Source: Marsupella aquatica (Eukaryota > Plantae > Marchantiophyta). From it: DNA of 64,000 bases. This document shows, one piece after another, positions 12,570 through 24,034 of the stretch. The translations under genes were made by a program, and so were the position numbers. The notes under the pieces are model-generated. The model did not search any database. It was not told the origin of the DNA and saw only the letters and a program-made list of their open reading frames with translations. Within the stretch, counting starts at the first letter, position 1. Each line of letters opens with the position of its first letter. The stretch is from positions 12,713,934 through 12,777,933 of the forward strand of contig OZ316899.1 of NCBI GenBank assembly GCA_973895155.1, given 5' to 3'.

Positions 12570-12825
12570 TCGATAAAGGTGCGGATGTTGTCAATAAAGG
12601 TGTGGACGTTGTTGATAAAGGTGCGGACGTTGTTGACCAGGGTGCGGACATTGTCAATCTGGTTGCGGACTTTAAGGCAAACGTTGTCGAGTTGGGTGCG
12701 GACCTTAAGGCAAGGTGCGGACGTTGTCGAGCTGTGTGTGGACGTTGTCGAGCTGGGTGCGGACCTTAAGGCAAGGTGCGGATGTTGTCGAGCTGCGTGT
12801 GGACGTTGTCAAGCTGGGTGCAACC
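12570..12825. repeat. ~21-bp minisatellite (GGTGCGGACGTTGTCGAGCTG-like)
   Basis: About 11-12 degenerate units, directly upstream of ORF3 in MULE copy 1. Confidence 0.85.
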
Positions 12826-12827
12826 AC

Positions 12828-13288
12828 ATGGAGAGGAACCAATGTCGAGATGCTTGCCTTCTTCAGTCCTTCCCGAGTTTGACCGGTGGAGAGCCACGTC
12901 AGCTCCTTCGAATCAGTTTGTGTTGACACTGAGACCGAGACATCAACTTTTTGGAACCGTAATTCTCTTCCTTACGACGAGGCAATTAAACCCTGGGGAG
13001 AGAAATATTTTGTGAACTGGCAACCGACAGACTCCACGCAAATTTGCGGATTGGTTCTCGTTTCATCAAGTCGTTCCTGCTGATGGTCAGCAGCCCATTG
13101 AACGTCGGGTGCAAGAGCAATTGGGGCGCGCCGACTTCCTTGATGCAAATTTTTGGGGCCCCGATCAAGCCCATGCTGAGCATCGAGTTCCCTCTTCCAA
13201 TTATATTCGGCTCAGGGGTTTAGGATTCAAGAGAAACTACAAGCGGGCAAGGGCGGGAGTCGATGATGACTGTCAATCACAGAGCTAA
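12828..13288 (+). pseudogene. MULE ORF3 homologue (copy 1), frameshifted
   Basis: ESHVSSFES...ETSTFWNRNSLPYDEAI and YIRLRGLGFKRNYKRARAGVDDDCQSQS* match 55679-56140. The start is approximate. Confidence 0.7.
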
Positions 13289-14575
13289 AGGTGTTCCAAT
13301 CACAGGTGCTTAGGTTATTTTGGAGTGCATCCCTACGACGATTAGGTTTCTAGACAACATAATTTAAGCTAGCGCCGAGCGCTGTTAAAGCTCAATGCTT
13401 TCCATCTCCTTTTTCCAGTACTGAATGTTTTGTTAGGATTTGGTAATCTGGGTAATATGTTTTTGCCCATTTTGATAGGAAATGCTTTTTGGATCGATCC
13501 ATTTTCCTCTCCATGGCGTTACACATGGAAGGGAGGGATTTGTAGTTTTAAGCTAGCGTTGGGCGCTACTTATACTCATTGCTTTCCGTCGCCCATGTAA
13601 TCTTGGTGATATGTTTTTGCCCATTTTTGAAGTAAATAAATTTTGGATCCGCTCAATCTCCAATGTCTGGTTTTCCTCTCGATGGCATTAAACATGGATT
13701 TTGGGATTTCGGGATTTTGAGGTTTAAGCTAGAAACGAGATCCGGATATTGTGGTTGTATGACCCTGCCTCTGTTGATTTGAATTGACTCATTTTCAGCC
13801 GCTCATTGTCTTCTCGATTGAGGTTACGTATATTTTTGTTGACTGTTTCCTTCTTCTATGAAACCCTACAACCTTTCCATTCGCTTCATTGATACCAGCG
13901 CTGGGCGCTAGTAATCATCGCAAATTCGTGTCGGACTACCCGATGGGATATTCCCTCCAGAATGAGACGGTTTTAATGAAAATGACTCAAATGGGCTTTA
14001 ATTTTGATTGTTTGTAATCCTTTTTTTGGTCCGATGTTTTTGGTTTTTACCTCCAATTTTCCTGGTAACAGTAACTGTTTCCTGTTACTGTTTCCTGGTT
14101 CCTGTCTTTTGTAAATACCCCCAAGCGGGGTGTATTCGAGGTACTTCATAGCACTTATGGTTCATGTATCATTTGTGAAAACCAAGAAAACTGGACGTTC
14201 CCGTCCGAGAAACCGACAGAACCCTCGCTCTGACCAATGCACTCCACCAAAGCATCCAAATCAAACTCGATAGGTCTCAAACCAAATGATCACCCTTGAC
14301 TCACGGATTCAAAATCAGAACACCATCATCCTTCCAATCGAGAGCCAAACGCCAGAGGCAAAACGCTCGAGGCAAAACCAAGCTCCTCATCAGCAACTAC
14401 AAGACAGCGAATTGACACGGAGGGCAAAGACAAAACGCAATTGAACTAAACTTCAGTTTGCACGTTTTGACGTCTTCACTTCTTTCTTCTTAGGCTTCTG
14501 CTTACTGCAGTTCCAGACCACGGCTGCTGACCATGTGAAAGAGGAGGATGAAGAAGGGGAAAAGGCTAGCGCGGG

Positions 14576-17500
14576 TGTGATGCCTAGCCAGGAATCACTA
14601 GGCCGGTTTACATGGTAAAAGCAGAAGTGTACCCTGGAAACACCTTAGTATAGTAACAAGACAAGGAAAATATAAACAATTAAGGGTGACTATGGAACCC
14701 GGGCCGAGGCCGGAAGTAAGGACGCCGGGGGAGAGAACACAATTAGGGTTAGGGCGCGCTAAGCGTTGGCGGCTAGGGGTGACCAACGGGAGGGAAGACC
14801 AGAGGAGGAGAGGGGTAAGGACCGCTCGCGAGGAATGGTGGCTCAATTGCAAGCATGAACTGGGCAGACAACTACGGGAGGCCAAATACTGTCAGCTGCT
14901 TAGGCAAGCACTCTGGGTGGGAACAGATACCAACAATCAAGTCAAGGAGGGTATGAGCAACGTCAATCAAGCGACACATTTTTGGGGATGCCTGTTCAAA
15001 CGGGCAACTCAGTACATTGGGACTTACGAGGACAAAGAATCAGAGAGAGCAGCTCAAGAATGGCAGGAGCTTGCTCGACTGTGGGAGCTGCAAAAGTCTG
15101 CCTTCTTAGGAGGAGAACTCATCAAGGCCAAGTTCTTGTGGACTCCTACTGCCAATCAGCTCGATGACCTTTTGTTTTGCGAAGACAGAATCGTCGGCAT
15201 TTGGGAAGCCATCAACCGCTGCAACGACGCGCACTGGGAGTTGAAGGGTAGCACGGAAGGGTGGACAAAGGCAACTGTGCTAGGAGAAACATCCACAGCA
15301 ACTGAGATGAAGAGGAAAGGAAACAACAATGAAGAGGCCACCCCGGCAAAAAGAATGAGGTGGGCGGCACCAAGGAAACCAGCAGAGCAGCAGAACAGGA
15401 GGCAGGGAGAAGCCAAAGAGGAGGAGGTCGATCCCATCAATGCCATTCCAACAAGGGATGACACCTGGAAAGGCTGGGCGGTGACCCTACCAGAGGAAGT
15501 GCAATTACATTTTGCATGGGAGGAGGATGCATGCTTTACGGCCATGCAGACCAAGAAGTACCAGGGCTTCATGGTCGGATCCGGCTTGGAAACCTTCATA
15601 AGATTACCATGGCTGAAGCCGGAGGTGCCGGACTCAGACTTATTAGAATTCGTGGGATCATGGGGACCCGAGACCAATTCCACGAGGGTGTATGGGAAGG
15701 ATTTCTATCTCACTCCCCGGGTGATTGCCGAGGTGTTTGGCTTGCCGATGGGTAATAAGACCAAGGTTGATACCAGGAAGACCTTACCTGACAAGGAGTT
15801 CCGGTCGTTCCCAGGACCATCAACGAAGAATGGCTTCTTCCGGAACACCTGCACCAACCCACACATTGGAGAGATGATCAATTTCTTGCGGGTGACCATG
15901 CATTGTAACTTGCCGAGGGCAGAGATCGGCAAGGCTCAGGTCTACCTGGCAGAAAGGCCAGACCCAAGCTGGGATTACAACGGGTACCTCCTCAACCAAC
16001 TGAAGAAGATCTTGAAGGAGGAACAGCAGGTGATCGGCGTGGGAAGCATGTCCCGGCTTGGCTATCACATGCCGCTGTTGTGCCGGTATGCCAGAAGTCA
16101 AATCTTTGCCCCAGTACTTCCCCTATCGGCAAGGGCACCAGAGGAGGTTCCGGAGCAGAGGCCGGCAACAGAAGAGCCCAACCAGCCTGCCAGTCCTACG
16201 ATCGAGCAGGTGTTTCGGCCAAGGAAAGAAGACTTGCCGATGCAACAATCAGGCATGCAGAATCTGCTGAAAATGCTGGAGAAGGAGAGAACGGCACCAA
16301 CAACGACAACGACAACGGCACCGGTACAGGACACTGCCCCAAAGGCCGGCCTAAGCCAACTGAGGAGGGAAAACCCCTTTACCGGAGCCAAGGAGAGAAG
16401 GAGGCCGGAACACAAGCCAGGAGTGCGAATGTATGTGGGAGCCTCAAGCCCCAAATCGGAGGCAGAGCAGCCTAAGGCTCCTTCCCGCAGAGAGCAGAGG
16501 GAGAGGACAGCCTGGAACCCAGAGGAAGAACAAGAGCCCGTGATCTGTGAGGCCATTTTCACGACAGGACCAGGGGAACAGAGGGGGAAGCCGGGAGTCC
16601 AAGCAGTGGAGGAGGCGGTGGAGGACTACAGCAATGATAACTCCGGCTATGGGTCGGATCATCATGTTCCAGGAGTAAGGACCTGTGGCCGATTTATCCC
16701 CACGCTTCCAAGAGTAGTTCGAGGGGACCCCACCCAGCAGAGTAGCCCCGAGTCTCCCCCACCAGAGGTTGCTCCCCCGAGCTTTGACGGCATAAAGCAG
16801 ACGGCACAAGAATTTCAGGAGAGACTTAGGGAGGAAGAGAAAGCAGCCCTGGCTAGGGAGAAAGATTTACCAGGAGGAGATTGGCCGGAGGACATCAGGC
16901 GGCTTGCCAAAAAAATAAGCAACCCTCTTGCCACCGTAGAAGAAATCCGCAAGGCGGCTTGGGAACAGAGACCGAGGTGGTTGATGCCGATGACTTCTAC
17001 TTACTCCACCTATGCTAAAGATAGAGCCATGGAGTACGGGGAGATGTGTGGGGACCTGGCGCTCAGCATCTTTGGGGAGGAGTTGGAACAGGGACCTTTT
17101 TTCCAGAGGGAGATGTTGGAGAAGCACCAATTAGAAGAAGCGGTGGCTTTGGAGAGAAGCAAGAAGGACGAGGTCATCCGGCGGCTTAAGGAGAAGGAAG
17201 CCGAGGTGGAAGTCCTGCAGGCGGCCAAGAAAGCCCAAGATGAGCTGCGGATTAAGCGGCATGAGCTAAACATCATGCAAGGACAATTGGATGTCGCTCA
17301 GTCTGGAAATCAGATTATCAAGGATAAACTGACTCGGACCCAAGGAGAGTTGGCCAGCGCGGTCAAGGACAGGGAAAAGTGGAAGGAGGAGCTGAGGGAC
17401 ACAGAGGAGGTCCACATAATCGCCAACAACCGGGCCATGGCGGAGACTCAAAGAAGGGAGAGGGCGTTGAAAGGAGAGCTCGAGGATATCCGCGGAGCCC

Positions 17501-19298
17501 TTGAGCAGAAGGAAGCCAAGTTAGGGAAATCCTATCAAGGGATTATTGCGCTACAGCAGGAGCTTGCATCCCTGACGGCCAACTTCAAGGCCGACCTGCG
17601 TGAAAAGGATGACCAGCTCGACCAAACTTATGCCAAGATGAATAAGATGGAGTGTGAGGTCGTAGCAGAGCTCGACAAGGAGCTAAGAGCAATCCAGGAG
17701 GAGAGGGCTACCTTAAAATTGGAATTGGAAGAAGCCAAAAAGGAGCTGCAAGAGGGACGGAAGGACCTGGAGGAAGCCCAGGAGGAGTTGGAGGAAACCA
17801 CCAGGAAGATGGAGAACTTACAGCGGCGGGCCGACAACCAAACGGAGCGGCTGAAGAAACAAGCCGCAGTATTTAAGTGCTTAGCTTCATCTGGTCCAAC
17901 TCCAATTGTGGGAACTCCGTTACCAGGAGGGGTACTGGCCGAAAGACAAGCCGAGACACACGCCCCGGTGTCGGAGGTAGGTAGCAAGGGGAAGGGACCA
18001 GCTGTCGAAATAGTGAAGAAGAAGAAGCGAAAACCTTCTGGGTCTGGGAGTTATACGGCTTCTCAAGCTGTTGTGACCGAGAAGATAAACCCGACACCAA
18101 CCTCCGGCATCGACAAGGCGGTGGATCCACCAGTCCTAGGAAGTGGGGATGGTAAGGCCGAGGCCGGGACAACCAGTAATGAAGCCGAGGTACCAGATCC
18201 TCCACTAGAACATGTCGGGGAGGCCGTGGCCGATGCTGAGACCGAAGCCGGAGGTGGACCCAGTCAGGCTGATGAAGAGTTGACTCGATCCAAGGTAGGT
18301 AATCTGTCAGAGGACGGACCAACGGCAGTGGCTACGGAGGAAGCGTTGGGGGCGTCCATTGAGGACCAGCCACCGGGGTCGTGACGGTGTAAGGGAGCCG
18401 TCCCTTTTAGGGAGGGCGGACGTGGAGGTAGGAGGCGGGAGTGGGCAGGGCGGGCGCTGATCTCCAAGGTTAGACTAAGGATCAGGACCAGGAGACGGCC
18501 CTGACACTTAGATTAGTGGGATTGCGGATCCACGAGTAAGGGCGACACTTGTGCTCCTGCCTCGTTGTACATAGGTAGATTACAGTTAGGTAGATTATAG
18601 ATAAGTAGATTAGGCTTATGCTGCAAGGAATCAGGCGGATCCACAACCAGGATAAGTACTTGGGCTGCAGGGAGTTCAGGGCCTCTTCTTTAGCAAGTTT
18701 TTAGTTGCACCAGCAGGGCTGGGATCAAGTAGTAAGAGAAGCTCTTGGTTAGTTATACAGTGACCCTTGTGTATATTCATGTTTCCTCATGCCTAAGAAC
18801 TGAATAGAGTTGGCCTCACGACTTAGTTCGCAGAGCTTGTGTATGAGATGTATTGTTTGTATGGCAAGTGCATGGTATAACTCAGTCAGAAGGAGTCATT
18901 TTGCTATTTGTGTGTCGCATTAACTTGTGTGAAGAGTGCCCACATCAATGAAGGGAAGTAGCAAGGGAGTGAGAGTTTGATGTGTCGAGCTGAGAGAGGT
19001 CTTAGCGGCTTAACCAAGCCAATTGGGGATCATTCCGGTGGCGGAATCCAAACATACCTAATGGAAGACCAGGAGAGGAATACAAGGGAGGGCCTAGAAT
19101 AGGCCGGCTAAGTATCTCATGACCCGATGAAGGATCTGTCCAGTATATGTGTGTAAAATGTTAATAGTAGTAGTAGAGGAGATTAGCAGCGTCCCATGCT
19201 ACTAAGCCGCGGAAATGGCCTCATTGAGGACGAAACCTGCGTGAATCGGCTTGTGCGGGGGGGTTTCTTGGGTTTGGGGAGCCATGGGACGCACCACA
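14576..19298 (+). mobile_element. Giant LTR family A, copy A1 (4723 bp, solo-LTR-like, no matching TSD)
   Basis: Starts TGTGATGCCTAG and ends GCACCACA (7/8 terminal inverted repeat). Collinear with A2 and A3. Flanks GCGGG and GTGAC differ. Confidence 0.9.
14692..18384 (+). CDS. Intact LTR-encoded accessory protein (~1.15-1.23 kaa): PMD/Transposase_32-like domain, Pro/Glu-rich linker, long coiled coil, KKKKRK NLS-like motif, acidic tail
   Basis: Uninterrupted ORF. Core GLETFIRLPW...LLEFVGSW...VYGKDFYLTPRVIAEVFGLP. Differences from A3 in the core are mostly synonymous. The true start may be ATG 14953 (MSNVNQ). Confidence 0.8.
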   Translation: MEPGPRPEVRTPGERTQLGLGRAKRWRLGVTNGREDQRRRGVRTAREEWWLNCKHELGRQLREAKYCQLLRQALWVGTDTNNQVKEGMSNVNQATHFWGCLFKRATQYIGTYEDKESERAAQEWQELARLWELQKSAFLGGELIKAKFLWTPTANQLDDLLFCEDRIVGIWEAINRCNDAHWELKGSTEGWTKATVLGETSTATEMKRKGNNNEEATPAKRMRWAAPRKPAEQQNRRQGEAKEEEVDPINAIPTRDDTWKGWAVTLPEEVQLHFAWEEDACFTAMQTKKYQGFMVGSGLETFIRLPWLKPEVPDSDLLEFVGSWGPETNSTRVYGKDFYLTPRVIAEVFGLPMGNKTKVDTRKTLPDKEFRSFPGPSTKNGFFRNTCTNPHIGEMINFLRVTMHCNLPRAEIGKAQVYLAERPDPSWDYNGYLLNQLKKILKEEQQVIGVGSMSRLGYHMPLLCRYARSQIFAPVLPLSARAPEEVPEQRPATEEPNQPASPTIEQVFRPRKEDLPMQQSGMQNLLKMLEKERTAPTTTTTTAPVQDTAPKAGLSQLRRENPFTGAKERRRPEHKPGVRMYVGASSPKSEAEQPKAPSRREQRERTAWNPEEEQEPVICEAIFTTGPGEQRGKPGVQAVEEAVEDYSNDNSGYGSDHHVPGVRTCGRFIPTLPRVVRGDPTQQSSPESPPPEVAPPSFDGIKQTAQEFQERLREEEKAALAREKDLPGGDWPEDIRRLAKKISNPLATVEEIRKAAWEQRPRWLMPMTSTYSTYAKDRAMEYGEMCGDLALSIFGEELEQGPFFQREMLEKHQLEEAVALERSKKDEVIRRLKEKEAEVEVLQAAKKAQDELRIKRHELNIMQGQLDVAQSGNQIIKDKLTRTQGELASAVKDREKWKEELRDTEEVHIIANNRAMAETQRRERALKGELEDIRGALEQKEAKLGKSYQGIIALQQELASLTANFKADLREKDDQLDQTYAKMNKMECEVVAELDKELRAIQEERATLKLELEEAKKELQEGRKDLEEAQEELEETTRKMENLQRRADNQTERLKKQAAVFKCLASSGPTPIVGTPLPGGVLAERQAETHAPVSEVGSKGKGPAVEIVKKKKRKPSGSGSYTASQAVVTEKINPTPTSGIDKAVDPPVLGSGDGKAEAGTTSNEAEVPDPPLEHVGEAVADAETEAGGGPSQADEELTRSKVGNLSEDGPTAVATEEALGASIEDQPPGS

Positions 19299-19838
19299 GT
19301 GACAAATGACTGTGGGCTCATCACTGTATTTGAGCAACAGAGCCACAATCACGACAAGGCCTGGATGGAGATGGGATATGTGGGAGAATTAGTTGACATA
19401 TGGGCTCTGGACTATGGGGCGGTGTCTAGTCCTGTGATTCTTATGAAAGGTCCATGGGTGCGGCGGGATTGGCTTGATAACAGGGCTACCATGAAGAGAG
19501 ACAACGACAGTTCCTTGCTGGCCAATTTCAGAGGGAAATTGCCCAAATGGTCTGAGCCATTTGTGTTTCCCGGTCAAGTGGAGCAAGCTTTCTTCCTGGA
19601 TGAGGAAGACTCCCCAAGTTGGCGTGTAGTGTGTCATAAACAGGCCAGGCAATGTCGGATGGAAGGATCAAACCTTGAGTTTCATTTACACTCTCATAGT
19701 GCCTTTGATTGTCGGCGTTCAGATCAAGTGCCTATAGTTCATGATAGCGGGGACTTCATTCCTGTGACAAGGGTAGAGGCATTTGCTGAAGGAGAAGAAT
19801 TCAGAGATGCAGATGCCAACAGTGTGCCTGTGCCATGA
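19299..19838 (+). pseudogene. C-terminal (DUF4216-like) fragment of En/Spm transposase
   Basis: YVGELVDIWALDYG...VILMKGPWV...EPFVFPGQVEQAFFLDEEDSPSWRVV matches the typical CACTA transposase C-terminus. Confidence 0.8.
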
Positions 19839-22800
19839 GTAATGTGAATTGTTTGCATGGACATTAGTGAGGGGAAGGATGTGTAATAAAGTAATTCCAA
19901 AGCAACAGATATATATGGATGGATGCCTGGTGATTGTGGTTGCATTGTGTTATACAAGGTGACCATAGATGACATGTTTTTGTGGTCTAGTAGGATGGAA
20001 CAGAGTGACACAGAGCTGTGTGAGTATGAAAGGAAAGCTATGTAACATCGAGCATACGTGAATGCCAAAGTCGCAGAAATAGAAGCCTCCCTGAAAAAGG
20101 ATGTGGCTGAATTGAAAAGGAACAATTCTCAACCACAACCCTCCGCTGAGTTTGTGTGACATGAATATTAGTTCAATGTGGCACTAAAATTGTGACTGTA
20201 CTCTCATATTGGAATGTCGTAGAACCATAGAAATTTCAAAGAAACCAAAGGAGTACGCAAGAAGGGTGACTAGCACTATCTCTCGGCCTGTGCGTTGGAG
20301 TGAAAGGTTGATCAGACAAGAAGGTCGTACCTACAATGGCAAAATGTGGAGATGACATGGATGTTGCACAAGTGGGTGCAGTTACCAGACAAGAAGATGC
20401 AGATGATGAGTATTTTCCAGAGGAAATGGATGAGTGTGATGCCTAGCCAAGAATCACTAGGCCAGTTTAAATGGTAAAATCAGGAGTGTACCCTAGAAAC
20501 ACATTAGTATAGTAACAAAAACAAGAAAAATATAAACAATTAAGGGTGACTATGGAACCCAAGCCAAGGCCGGAAGTAAGGACGCCGGGGGAAGGAACAC
20601 GATTAGGGTTAGGGCACGCTAAGTGCTGGTGGCTATGGGTAACCAACGGGAAGGAAGACCAAACAAGAGGGGCGTAAGGACTGATCGCAAGGAATGGTGG
20701 CTCATTTTGCAAGCACAAACTAAGCAGACGACTACGTGAAGCCAACTACTGTCAACTGCTTAGGCAAACACTTTGGGTGGGAGCAGATACCGACTATCAA
20801 CTCAAGAAGGGTATGAGCAACGTCAATCAAGCTGCTCATTTTTGGGGATGCCTGTTTGAACGGGCAACTTAGTACATTGGGACCTACGAGGACAAAGAAT
20901 TGGAAAGAGCAGCTCGAGAATGGTAGGAGCTTGCTCGACTGTGGGAGCTGCAAAAGTCTGCCTTCTTAGGAGGAGAACTCATCAAGGCTGAATTCCTATG
21001 GACACCTACTGGCAATGAGCTAGACGACCTTTTGTTTTGCAAGAACAGAATCGTTGGCATCCGGGAAACCATCAACCGCTGCAACGACATACACTGGGAG
21101 TTGAAGGGTAGCACAGAGGGGTGGACAAAGGCAACCATGCTTGGAGAAACATCCATGGCAGCCGCTATGAAGAGGAAATGGATGCATGCTTTACGGCTAT
21201 GCAGACTCAGAAGTACCAGGGCTTCATGGTCGGATCCAATTTGGAAACCTTCATAAAATTACCATGGCTTCAGATTCCACGGATTCAGACTTATTAGAAT
21301 TTGTGGGATCATGGGAGCCCGAGACCAATTCCACAAGGGTGTATGGGAAGGATTTCTATCTCACTCCCTGGGTGATTGCCGAAGTGTTTGGCTTGCCAAT
21401 AGGCAATAAGACCAAAGTTGAGACCAGGAAGACCTTGCCTGACAAGGAGTTCCGGTCGTTCCCAGGGCCATCAACAAAGAATGGCTTCTTTCGGAACACC
21501 TGCACCAAACTGCACATCGGAGAGATGATCGATTTCTTGCGGGTAACCATGCATTGTAACTTGCCGAGGCCAGAGATTGGCAAGGCACAGGTCTACATGG
21601 CGGAGAGGCCAAACCCAAGCCGGGATTACAATGGGTACCTCCTCACCCAACTGAAGAAGATATTGAAGGAGGAACAATAGGTGATCGGCAAGGGAAGCAT
21701 GTCCCGGCTTGGCTATCACATGCCGCTGTTGTGCCGGTATGCCCAAAGTCAGATCTTTGCCCCGGTGCTTCCCCTGCAGGCAAGGGCACCAGAGGAGGTT
21801 CCGGAATAGAGGCCGGCAGTAGAGGAACCCAGCCAGCCCGACAGTCCTACGATTGAGCAGGTGTTTAGGCCAAGGACAAAAGACTTGCCAATGCAGCAAC
21901 CAGGCATGCAGAATCTATTGAAATTGCTGGAGAAGGAGAGGAGGACGGCAACGGCAACGGCACCGGTACAGGACACTGCCCTAGAAGTTGGCCTAAGCCA
22001 ACTCATGAGGGAAAACCCCTTAACCAAAGCCAAGGAAAGAAGGAGGCCGGAACACGAGCCGGGGGTTCAAATGTATGTAGGAGCCTCGAGTCCCGAAGCC
22101 AAGGAAGAGTAGTCTAAAGCTCTTGTTTGCGGTAAACAGAGGGAGAAGACAGCCTGGAAGCCGGAGGAGGAACTAGGACTTGTGAGTTATGATTGGCAAG
22201 AGGCCCTGTTCACAGCAAGACAAGGAGAGCAGCGGGGGGAATCGGTAGTGGAAGCCGGGGAGGTGGTGGAGGACTACGACAATAATGACTCTGGCTACGG
22301 GTCGGACCATCATGTCCCAGGAGTATGGACCTGTGGCCGTTTCATCCCCACGCTTCCAAGAGTAGTTCAAGGGGACCCCACCCAACAGAGCAGCCCGGAG
22401 TCTCCCCCACCAGATGTCGCTCCCTTGAGCTTTGATGGGATAAAACAGACGGCACATGAGTGTTAGGAATGACTTAGGGAAGCAGAAGAGGCAGCCTTGG
22501 CTAGGGAGAAGGATTTACCTGGGGGAGAATGGCCAGAGGACATCTGGCAGCTTGCAGAAAGACGGGGCAGCCCTCCAGCCATGATAGAAGAAATAAGGAA
22601 GGCGGCTTGGGAACAAAGGCCGCGGTGGTTGATGCCAATGACTACTACTCACTCCACCTATGCTAAAGAAAGAGCAATGGAGTATGGGGAGATGTGTGGG
22701 GAACTTGCGCTCAGCATCTTTGGGGAGGAGTTGGAGCAGGGACCTTTTTTCCAGAGAGAGATGTTGGAAAAATGCCGATTGGAAGAAGCAGTGGCTTTGG

Positions 22801-24034
22801 AAAGAAGAAAGAAGGACAAGGTCATTTGACGGCTTAGAGAGAAGGAAGCCAAGGCAGAGGACCTGAAGACGGCCAAGATGAGTTGCAAATTAAGCGGCAT
22901 GAGCTAAACATCATGCAGGGGCAACTGGATATCGCTCAGTCTGATAATCAGATTATCAAGGATAAACTGACTCGGACCCAAGGGGAGTTGGCCGATGCGG
23001 TCAAGGAAAGGGAGAAGTGGAAGAAAGAGTTGAGGGACGCAGAGGAGGCCCACATAGCAACCAACAATTGGGCCATGGCGGAGACCCAGAGGAGGGAGAG
23101 GGCGTTGAAGGGGGAGCTCGAGGATATCCGTGGAGCCCTTGAATAGAAGGAGGCCAAGTTAGGGAAATACTATCAAGGGATTATTTGGTGCAGTAGGAGC
23201 TTGCATCCCTAACGGCCAGCTTCAAGGCCGACCTACGTGAGAAAGACGACCAGCTTGATCAGACTTATGCCAAGATGAACAAGATGGAGTCTGAGGTCAT
23301 GACAGAGCTCGACAAGGAGCTGAGAGCAACCCAAGAGGAGAGGGCTACCTTAAAGAAGGGATTGGAGGAAGCCCAGAAGGAATTGGAGGAAGCCCAGAAG
23401 GAGTTGGAGGAAGCGCAGAAGGACTTGGATGAAATGCAGGAGGAGTTGGAAGAAAGCACAAGGAAGATGGAGAACTTACAGCGGTGGGCCGACAACCAAA
23501 CGGAGCGACTGAAGAAACAAGCCGCAGTATTTAAGTGCTTGGCTTCATCAGTTCCAACTCCAAGTGGGGCAACCAAGTTGCCAGGGGTAGAACTGGCCGA
23601 AGGACAAGCCGCAACACTCGCACCGGTACCGGAAGTAAGTGGCAAGGGGAAGGGACCAGCTGCCGAAACAGGGAAGAAGAAGAAGCGAAAACCTTCTAGG
23701 TCAGGAGTAACACGGCTTCTCAAGACGTTGTGACCACGGAGGAAAACCCGGCACCAACCTCAGGCAGGGTCACGGCAGAGGATCCAACTATCCTAGAAGG
23801 CGGGGATAGCAAAGTCAAGGCCAGGACAGTCAGTGATGAAGTCGGGGTACCGGATCCACCACTAGAGCATGTCGGGGAGGCTGTAGCCGTATTAGAGGCC
23901 GTGGCCAATGTTGAGGCTGAAGCCAAGGGTGGACCCAGTCAGGCCGATGGAGAGTTGACTCGGTCTGGGGCAGGTAATCTGTCAGAAGGCGGACCCATAG
24001 CAGTGGCTGCGGAGGAAACGTTGGGGGCGTCCAT

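Larger units (their letters stand above)
407..14122. mobile_element. Mutator-like element, copy 1 (left part cut off by A0 and the window edge; interrupted by a copia)
   Basis: Same gene order as 45398-56850. Right terminus ...CTGTCTTTTGTAAATACCCCC (14102-14122) matches the copy-2 terminus ...CTGTCGTTTGTAAATTCCCCC. Subterminal GGTAACAG/CTGTTAC motifs are present. Confidence 0.85.

Noticed and set aside
14692-18384. Host SMC/myosin-like or envelope gene
   Set aside because: It lies wholly within a TSD-bounded repeat present five times, and I see no ATPase motifs or transmembrane segment.
15156-18467. Numerous antisense and alternate-frame ORFs in the ORF track
   Set aside because: They are shadows of GC-rich or low-complexity coding strands and have no independent motifs.
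1-19298. A0 and A1 as the paired LTRs of one 19-kb retroelement
   Set aside because: The DNA after 406 is the interrupted MULE transposase, with no PBS or cognate gag-pol. These are independent insertions.
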